Assembly: GCA_016211195.1 (NCBI GenBank)
Contig: JACQSS010000011.1
Location: 1 to 31,552 of the forward strand
Reading direction: 5' to 3'
Length of the DNA stretch: 31,552 bases
Source: Candidatus Woesearchaeota archaeon
GTDB taxonomy: Archaea; Nanobdellota; Nanobdellia; Woesearchaeales; JAGVYF01
The translations under genes were made by a program, and so were the position numbers. The notes beneath the pieces were generated by a model. That model saw only the letters and a list, made by a program, of their open reading frames with translations, was not told where the DNA came from and searched no databases. Positions 1-6,319 of this stretch are shown in pieces (within the stretch, counting starts at the first letter, position 1; the number at the start of each line of letters is the position of its first letter).

Positions 1-241
1 ACGATGGCCATCAATACTGTGAGCATCAACTTGTTACTCAATCAAGCAAAAAGGAATTGCAAGAGGGATTTTTGCCAACACCGTGTGAATTAAAAAATCC
101 CAACCGCAGCAAGCTGCGGGGATTTTTTAAGCGTCAAAATGAGTTATTGATTGCCGCAGCAAGCTGCGGAGTATGGACCCATTTTGACCAATCAAATGCG
201 AACCGATGGCCACAGAACGATAGCGAGGAAGCTTTTCAACG
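1..241 (+). repeat. MITE-like repeat element, copy A. The outer end is cut by the window edge, and it carries a 50-nt internal duplication at 120-169.
   Basis: 1-119 is identical by eye to the reverse complement of 5587-5705. 170-241 matches rc(5515-5586) with 3-4 mismatches. The palindrome CCGCAGCAAGCTGCGG is present twice (104-119 and 154-169). Confidence 0.85.
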
Positions 242-256
242 ATTGCGCACGCAATT

Positions 257-264
257 TTTATATA
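257..264 (+). promoter_or_regulatory. TATA-box-like element (TTTATATA) upstream of the 189-aa ORF
   Basis: The AT-rich octamer ends 23 nt before ATG 287. The same spacing recurs at several other genes in the window, which suggests a leaderless transcript. Confidence 0.45.
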
Positions 265-286
265 ATCTGTTCATTTTGATTTTGGC

Positions 287-856
287 ATGAAAAGGGTGAT
301 GGTACTCATTTTTCTCCTGTTCAGTTTACCTGTAACTGCCACCACCTTTATCCATCAGTCCTTGGACGAGCTTGATCAGCAAGCGGATTACGTCATCATG
401 GGTACTGTGCTTGAACATCGTGCATTCAAGGAAAAGGCGTCTATTGTGACGGAGACAACCATTGCAGTCGATGAAACGCTCCGCGGACCATCCCAGCCCT
501 TAATTATCACAGTGAAGGAGTTAGGTGGCATGGTTGATGACGTCCTGATGGTCGTGCCGGGCAGCCCCCAGTTTGATGACGGTGAGCGTATTGCGCTTTT
601 TTTCAAGGAGGACAGGAAATCAAGGATGCAGAGTGCTCTGACAAAATGGGGTGGATTGCAGGGCCATACAGTCGGCATGGGGCAGGGAAAGTTCCGTATC
701 CTGCGTAACGCAGACGGTGTTGATATCCTCCGAAGCGACCTGCACGGTGCTCATCTGCTTGTCGAGTTGCCTATCGAGTCCATTACTTTGGACGCATTTC
801 GTGCCCGTTATAGCTGGTGGGCGCGCTTCACGGCATGGTTGAGGGGCTTCCTGTGA
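287..856 (+). CDS. Secreted protein of unknown function (189 aa)
   Basis: Clean ORF with N-terminal signal-peptide-like segment MKRVMVLIFLLFSLPVTATT. No family motif recognised. Its stop TGA (854-856) overlaps GTG 853 of the downstream giant ORF. Confidence 0.7.
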   Translation: MKRVMVLIFLLFSLPVTATTFIHQSLDELDQQADYVIMGTVLEHRAFKEKASIVTETTIAVDETLRGPSQPLIITVKELGGMVDDVLMVVPGSPQFDDGERIALFFKEDRKSRMQSALTKWGGLQGHTVGMGQGKFRILRNADGVDILRSDLHGAHLLVELPIESITLDAFRARYSWWARFTAWLRGFL

Positions 857-3800
857 AACAGATCATTTTTCTTACTCTGCTTCTTCTAATGGCTGTGCCA
901 TCCTATGGCTATGTCCGGGCAACATTTGACCTCAGCGGTACAGTCATCCCCACCTTCTGGCGGTCTGCAGACATCCCGGTGCAGTGGACGACGTACCTCA
1001 ACGGTTCAGCAGATGTACCATTTAGTGCAATGATGCGGGCATTGAATAATAGCTTCGCAGTCTGGGAAAATCTCAGCTATGCCAATATCTCAACCTCCTA
1101 TCAAGGAAATACAACCAGCACTAATGTTGGCAACGATGCAGTGAACCTCATCGCTTTTGATGAAGATGGATCCTTCCTGTCACAAGGAGCATCAACGCTT
1201 GCCACAACACAATTCTTTGTCTCTGTCTCAACCGGACGTTTGCTCGATGCAGACATCATCTTCAATGGGAAATCATTTACATTTGCGACAGGCGGAGCAG
1301 ATTATGACATTGAATCCATTGCAATGCATGAGATTGGTCATTTCTTTGGACTTGACCATGCAGTCATCGGCTCAGAAGTTTCTACAGATAAACGGCCAAC
1401 CATGACTCCATTCTATATCGGTATCAATGGCAGGACCCTCGAGCAGGATGACCGGGCCGGGTTGGGTGCTACCTATCCCAGCGCCACCTTCTTCAATGTG
1501 ACAGGCAATGTCAGCGGCAATGTCCGTAATGGCACTCAGGAGATCTTCGGTGCCCAAATAGCAGCATTGAATGCGACGACTGGTGTGCCGGCAGTGGCCG
1601 TGCTGACTGGGTATCGCACTGGCTCTGGTGCAACCGGGCAGGGTGATTATCTCATGCTCGGACTTGAGCCCGGTAATTACACCATCAAAGCGACGCCCAT
1701 GGATGGCTCCAATGGTATCACCTCAAGCAACTTCAATGGGATTTTTTCCGATACCTTTGTCACATCATTCCGGACGCAGTATCATCCCAATGTCTTTAAC
1801 CAGTCACAGGCGCGCAATGTTACTATTGCACCAAATTCATTGACCCTTTCTTCGTTTGTTGGCACGCTGTATAATGTGAATATCTCAGCATCGGCTGACC
1901 AGACCATTTTCAATGGGACGAATGCAACATATGCTGTGCTGGTAGGCAACACCGGGAATGACAGGGATACGCTGACCCTTGCGCTTGCTGCCGATGGCAC
2001 TAATGCGTCATTGAATCAAAGCGCGTTTGCATCAGTGCCAGAAGGACAGGTACGTACTGCCTTGGTGACAGTCTCTGCCAGCGCGCCTGGCACTTATACA
2101 GTCCGTGTGAACGTCACATCACAGGGCAATGCGTCAGCGACAGCAGCAATCAACGTCACCACGACCGTACTGGAAACAGTGGCAGCTACAGCCATTTCGC
2201 CGGCATCGTCTGCTCTGGTCACGTCGCCAGTCTCATTTGTCTGTAATGCGACCGGGGCTTCACTCCAGAGCTTGACATTGTTTACGAACCAGAGCGGCTT
2301 TACAGGCGCCAGTACCCAGAATGTCAGCGGCACACGGAATCAAAGCACCTTCAATGTCTCACTCACGGATTCATCATATATCTGGACCTGCCTCGCCAAT
2401 GACACTATGGGAAATGCAGCATTTGCTGCTAACAGGACAGTAACTGTGGACAGTACTGCCCCGCTACTCTCATTAAATGTCAATGCGACCCGTCTTGAGA
2501 TGAATCAGGAATTCCTGCTCATCTCATGGGCGAGTCAGGATGCTCATTTGGGTTCTCCATTCGTTAATGTCTCTTACCCGAACGGTACATTATTTAATCG
2601 GACAGAGAATGCCAGTGGTGCCCTTGCAGTCTCTCCTGGACAATTGGGTACCTACACCATTGACTTGGTGGCCAATGATACGGTAGGTAACAGAAATGCA
2701 ACCCGTACAACCTTCACTGTTGTTGATACATCTGCACCTCTCGTGACGCTCCTGGCGCCAGTGAACGGTTCGGTGACGGGGGCAAATACAACGACTTTCT
2801 CCTGCAATGCGACCGATGTCACCGGGCTTGCTACACTGGCACTGTTCCACAATGGGCAAGGTACTTTTGCGCAGAACGAGTCAGTGTCCGTAACAGGAGC
2901 GCGGAACAATGTTACTGTCACTATTGGCGTTCCTGAAGCACAGCTTCTCTGGAACTGCAAGGCAACGGACATTAATGGAAATGCTTCCTTTGCTTCAGCA
3001 AACTTCTCTCTTATCACCGACCATAGTGCGCCGCGTGTCCATTCCATTGTTCTGAATGATGACTATGTTAGTCCAAATGGCACCATTGTTATGGTCGTCA
3101 ATGCAACAGATACATTGACAGACATTGCAAATGTGACTGCCAATGGGAGCCTGCTCCAAGCAAGCGGGGCTATTTTCAACAGGACTTTCAATGGATCATC
3201 CCAGGCCGGCCGTCATGTGGTCGCGGTGCTTGCAACAGATGAAGTAGGTAATAGTGTCTCTAATGTCACGACGTATGTCGTCGATGCAATATCTCCAGCC
3301 ATTTCGATCTATCTTCCTCCAAGAACTTTCTTTAGTCAGGATGGAAATGTGACACTACTCTGGCAGGTGACTGATGATAATATCAGTTCAACAAATATCA
3401 CTGTAGACACCACAACACAAGTTGGTGTCGTGAATAAGACACTGTCGGCACATAATTTTTCACAGGTCTTTTCTGATCTCAGGTCTGGCTCTCATGCAGT
3501 CATCATAGCTGCTGGTGACAATGCATCACGATCGACCATTCTCCGGTATAACTTCACACTGTCGCGGCCAGAGAACGTGACAGACCTCATCAATCGATTG
3601 CGGACAGCAGGTGGCTTCCAGAATATTGTCTACAGGCAACCGAATGGGAGCATCCTCTCCGGAAACATTCTTCTCAACCAGACACTCGTAAAAGATTTCA
3701 TCACGAATGCAAGCCTGGCCAATATAACAATCAACATAACTGCTTTCGGTGAGCATTTCGACGAAAGCAAGGCATCATTGATACGCCTGCAGTTGAACCG

Positions 3801-5499
3801 GACAGGTGTGTTTGGCTTGGCAGCAGGCCTCCGTCTTAGCGGACGGCCACCGAGTCAGTTCATCCTTTTCCAGAACATGAGCCAATACATTCCAGATAAC
3901 AATTATTCATTTCAGAACGGGACGAAGACATTTGCAACCATCAATTTCAATGGAGAGCTTGGTCGGCTTGTTCCCTTTTATGTCGTCGATGATGATGGTG
4001 CTGATGTCCGGCTGTTGGGTCAGTGCACGAATAACACAGCACCCACCACAGAGCCGTCATTGAGTACAATGTGCTACACGAACAGCAGTACTGCTGTGAC
4101 GCTTTACGTGCCGCATCTGTCCGGCGGCGGTCTTGATGATCCGGCAAATGCACCCACTATCAACATAACATCCCCCCAGGATCGTAGTAATGATACTGCT
4201 TTCACTGCTACGGGGCAGGTCCTTGACCTGAATCTTGGCAGTTGCACGTATAATCTTACGAATACAACGAGCACTCTCGTCTCCCCAACATCATTCAGCC
4301 CGTCGCTCGTGGGTGTAAACACCTCGAATTATACATTTTCTATAGACAATGCAGGTTTCACTGGTCTGGCTAATGGGAGCAGGTATAATCTGACCGTGAG
4401 TTGTTCTTCCACAGATGGAAACACAACCACTGTTGTCTCCTCATTTCAGGTGAATGACATTATCCCACCCCGTACCACAGCAATCACCACCAGCGGTGCA
4501 ACATCGGTAACTTCTTCAGGAACTCTTTCTGCATTGTTTACAACGCATGAATATGCGACGTGCGGGTACAACAGCTCTGTCCCAACGGCGGTCCTGACCT
4601 CATTTTCCCAAGCAAATACGAACCTCTCCAGCAGCAGTGCAGGAACAATACATACGTACTCAACAACGTACACTGCAGACGGGACAGTGACTGTCCCGGC
4701 TGTTATATGTATTGACGTCAACGGTAACAGTCAGTCACGGGCCAATGACAGCTTTGGCGTGGCCGTGAATGTTCAGGAGCCAAGTGCTTCGTCAAGTAGT
4801 GGTGGTGGAGGCGGCGGCAAGGCAACGCCAAAGACAACAGGCCCCATCAAAATTGTCAAAAAAATGGCTCATATCCAGCAAGGGCAAGCAGTTACAGTCA
4901 GCTTCATTGCAAAGGAAATCGCTCTGACAAAAATAGAGTTTATTGCTTCAGAAGCAATCTCAAACCTTGAGTTGTCTGTCAGCACAGCAGCTAAGCCAGT
5001 AACCATTCCAGAATTCCCGGGTCTTGTGTATCAATACATCACTATCACTTCTGCTCCTGAAGGAAAAGTGAAAAATGCCGCACTTGATTTCCGGCTTGCA
5101 AAAGAGTGGGTCGATGCAAATAAGTTGGACGATAAGACGATTGTCTTGTATCTGTTTGATGGTCAATGGCAACCATTACCGACGGTGAGTACTGGATCCA
5201 GCGATGTGCAGGTAACCTTCCGTGCGCAGACTCCGCATCTGAGCTGGTTTGCGATTGCTGGTCCACAGGAAGAAGAAGTTCCTGTAGAAGTGTCCACCAA
5301 GGAGCAGTCAGAGGAAACACAACTTGAGCCACCTCAACAGGAAGCAGTGCAGCAGCCAGTGAATGTGAGCACCTCCGGAGAAGTACAAGAGGTTTCACTA
5401 ATCGAAGGGCAGTCATGGGTGTGGTGGATCAGCGGGTTCTTTATACTGGTCCTGTTTGGCGCCTTCCTTGCATGGTGGCACTTTCGGAATCCGGAATGA
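835..5499 (+). CDS. Giant surface protein with an N-terminal matrixin/metzincin Zn-protease domain, Ig-like/CARDB-like repeats, a PGF-pre-PGF-like domain and a C-terminal TM anchor
   Basis: HEIGHFFGLDH (HExxHxxGxxH) with a downstream Met-turn candidate RPTMTP. Signal peptide KQIIFLTLLLLMAVPSYG. Carboxypeptidase-regulatory-like segment (GNVRNG...LEPGNYTIKATP). Recurrent domain boundaries VDSTAPLLSL / VDTSAPLVTL / TDHSAPRVHS / VDAISPAISI / VNDIIPPRTT. PGF-pre-PGF-like block (PGLVYQYITITS...LSWFAIAG), an acidic linker, then TM helix WVWWISGFFILVLFGAFLAWW. The start is uncertain: ATG 835, or GTG 853 in a GTGA overlap with the upstream stop. Confidence 0.9.
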   Translation: MVEGLPVKQIIFLTLLLLMAVPSYGYVRATFDLSGTVIPTFWRSADIPVQWTTYLNGSADVPFSAMMRALNNSFAVWENLSYANISTSYQGNTTSTNVGNDAVNLIAFDEDGSFLSQGASTLATTQFFVSVSTGRLLDADIIFNGKSFTFATGGADYDIESIAMHEIGHFFGLDHAVIGSEVSTDKRPTMTPFYIGINGRTLEQDDRAGLGATYPSATFFNVTGNVSGNVRNGTQEIFGAQIAALNATTGVPAVAVLTGYRTGSGATGQGDYLMLGLEPGNYTIKATPMDGSNGITSSNFNGIFSDTFVTSFRTQYHPNVFNQSQARNVTIAPNSLTLSSFVGTLYNVNISASADQTIFNGTNATYAVLVGNTGNDRDTLTLALAADGTNASLNQSAFASVPEGQVRTALVTVSASAPGTYTVRVNVTSQGNASATAAINVTTTVLETVAATAISPASSALVTSPVSFVCNATGASLQSLTLFTNQSGFTGASTQNVSGTRNQSTFNVSLTDSSYIWTCLANDTMGNAAFAANRTVTVDSTAPLLSLNVNATRLEMNQEFLLISWASQDAHLGSPFVNVSYPNGTLFNRTENASGALAVSPGQLGTYTIDLVANDTVGNRNATRTTFTVVDTSAPLVTLLAPVNGSVTGANTTTFSCNATDVTGLATLALFHNGQGTFAQNESVSVTGARNNVTVTIGVPEAQLLWNCKATDINGNASFASANFSLITDHSAPRVHSIVLNDDYVSPNGTIVMVVNATDTLTDIANVTANGSLLQASGAIFNRTFNGSSQAGRHVVAVLATDEVGNSVSNVTTYVVDAISPAISIYLPPRTFFSQDGNVTLLWQVTDDNISSTNITVDTTTQVGVVNKTLSAHNFSQVFSDLRSGSHAVIIAAGDNASRSTILRYNFTLSRPENVTDLINRLRTAGGFQNIVYRQPNGSILSGNILLNQTLVKDFITNASLANITINITAFGEHFDESKASLIRLQLNRTGVFGLAAGLRLSGRPPSQFILFQNMSQYIPDNNYSFQNGTKTFATINFNGELGRLVPFYVVDDDGADVRLLGQCTNNTAPTTEPSLSTMCYTNSSTAVTLYVPHLSGGGLDDPANAPTINITSPQDRSNDTAFTATGQVLDLNLGSCTYNLTNTTSTLVSPTSFSPSLVGVNTSNYTFSIDNAGFTGLANGSRYNLTVSCSSTDGNTTTVVSSFQVNDIIPPRTTAITTSGATSVTSSGTLSALFTTHEYATCGYNSSVPTAVLTSFSQANTNLSSSSAGTIHTYSTTYTADGTVTVPAVICIDVNGNSQSRANDSFGVAVNVQEPSASSSSGGGGGGKATPKTTGPIKIVKKMAHIQQGQAVTVSFIAKEIALTKIEFIASEAISNLELSVSTAAKPVTIPEFPGLVYQYITITSAPEGKVKNAALDFRLAKEWVDANKLDDKTIVLYLFDGQWQPLPTVSTGSSDVQVTFRAQTPHLSWFAIAGPQEEEVPVEVSTKEQSEETQLEPPQQEAVQQPVNVSTSGEVQEVSLIEGQSWVWWISGFFILVLFGAFLAWWHFRNPE

Positions 5500-5512
5500 C
5501 TATTCTTGCGGT

Positions 5513-5721
5513 CCCATTGAAAAGTTTCCTCGCTATCGCTCCGTGGCCATCGGTTCGCATTTGATTGGTCAAAATGGGTCCATACTCCGCAGCTTGCTGC
5601 GGTTGGGATTTTTTAATTCACACGGTGTTGGCAAAAATCCCTCTTGCAATTCCTTTTTGCTTGATTGAGTAACAAGTTGATGCTCACAGTATTGATGGCC
5701 ATCGTGAACTTTTCAATATGG
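5513..5721 (-). repeat. MITE-like repeat element, copy B. It is complete at ~209 bp and inverted relative to copy A.
   Basis: Reverse complement matches 1-119 and 170-241. Perfect 11-bp terminal inverted repeats ATTGAAAAGTT (5516-5526) and AACTTTTCAAT (5707-5717). No transposase ORF inside. Confidence 0.85.
5587..5614 (+). terminator. Hairpin plus T-tract downstream of the giant gene, located inside repeat copy B
   Basis: Palindrome CCGCAGCTTGCTGCGG (7-bp stem, 5587-5602) followed by TTGGGATTTTTT (T6 at 5609-5614), about 90 nt after the stop at 5499. Confidence 0.5.
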
Positions 5722-5737
5722 CCGAGTAACAGTAACA

Positions 5738-5745
5738 TTTATAAA
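5738..5745 (+). promoter_or_regulatory. TATA-box-like element (TTTATAAA) upstream of the aglB operon
   Basis: Ends 23 nt before ATG 5768. Confidence 0.45.
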
Positions 5746-5767
5746 AAAAGTGCAATCTGGCTGAGAC

Positions 5768-6319
5768 ATGAGACTGAGATTTCGCAAGGAAACCGCCTCA
5801 TTGATACTCCTTGCCATTATGGTCCTAAGCGGCCTAGGCGTTTACGTCGGAAATCAGGACGAAACAGCAACAACATATAATGGGTATCAATTTTTCCCCC
5901 AGCCGAGTGGTTGGCTTGTGCGAATAAACAATGCCCAGTACCAGTTTCAGTACTTGCCGACGGACACTAATTTCAGCATCGGTACAATCCCCCTCGGAGA
6001 AAAAGTGTATATCGCATATGACCCACTTGAAAAGAATATTACTACCGAGAACATTATTGCACAGACTAGTGCATTATTCCGGCAATTTGGTGTATGGCCA
6101 GTGGTGGCATGTGTGAGAGAAGAAGGTTGTCCGGCAGATTTACCCCTCGTTGCATGCGAGACAGCACCAGCACCCGTCTTCTATTTCCGCAGTGCCGAAG
6201 AAAGAGGAGTTGTTCATCAGGGGCAATGCATCATTATCCAGGCACAGACGAGCATAGACCTGCATAGAGCAGTCGAACGAATGGCATATCAATTGCTGGG
6301 GGTCATGAAGAATGAGTGA
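5768..6319 (+). CDS. Membrane-anchored extracytoplasmic protein of unknown function (183 aa)
   Basis: N-terminal TM segment ASLILLAIMVLSGLGVYV followed by a soluble domain containing cysteines. Overlaps the aglB start by 8 nt, so it is probably co-transcribed. Confidence 0.65.
   Translation: MRLRFRKETASLILLAIMVLSGLGVYVGNQDETATTYNGYQFFPQPSGWLVRINNAQYQFQYLPTDTNFSIGTIPLGEKVYIAYDPLEKNITTENIIAQTSALFRQFGVWPVVACVREEGCPADLPLVACETAPAPVFYFRSAEERGVVHQGQCIIIQAQTSIDLHRAVERMAYQLLGVMKNE

Noticed and set aside
65-177. Possible mini-CRISPR: the 16-nt palindrome CCGCAGCAAGCTGCGG occurs twice about 50 nt apart, with GGGATTTTT-like flanks.
   Set aside because: There are only two units and the shared sequence is just 16-17 nt. 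The supposed spacer contains the complementary arm of a hairpin. The whole region is part of a repeat element duplicated in inverted orientation at 5513-5721. No cas genes are present.
57-290. ORFs lying inside the repeat copies: 57-290, 5456-5668 and 5665-5880, including a short hydrophobic MLTVLMAIVNFS… peptide that is also readable in copy C.
   Set aside because: They are confined to repeat sequence. The differences between copies are mostly non-synonymous (V to G, V to E, N to S). They have no SD or TATA support. They are most likely by-products of the element sequence.
835-5499. Diversity-generating retroelement or internal hypervariable repeats targeting the giant surface protein.
   Set aside because: The window has no reverse transcriptase and no template/variable repeat pair that I could detect. 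The repetitive look is at the level of Ig-like protein domains, not near-identical DNA repeats.
1-5721. Invertase-driven phase-variable switch (a shufflon or fimS-like system) for the surface-protein cassette.
   Set aside because: No recombinase or invertase gene is visible in the window. The candidate promoter (257-264) lies inside the segment between the repeats, so inversion would not obviously switch expression. I kept only the weaker statement that the inverted repeats are recombinogenic or MITE-like.
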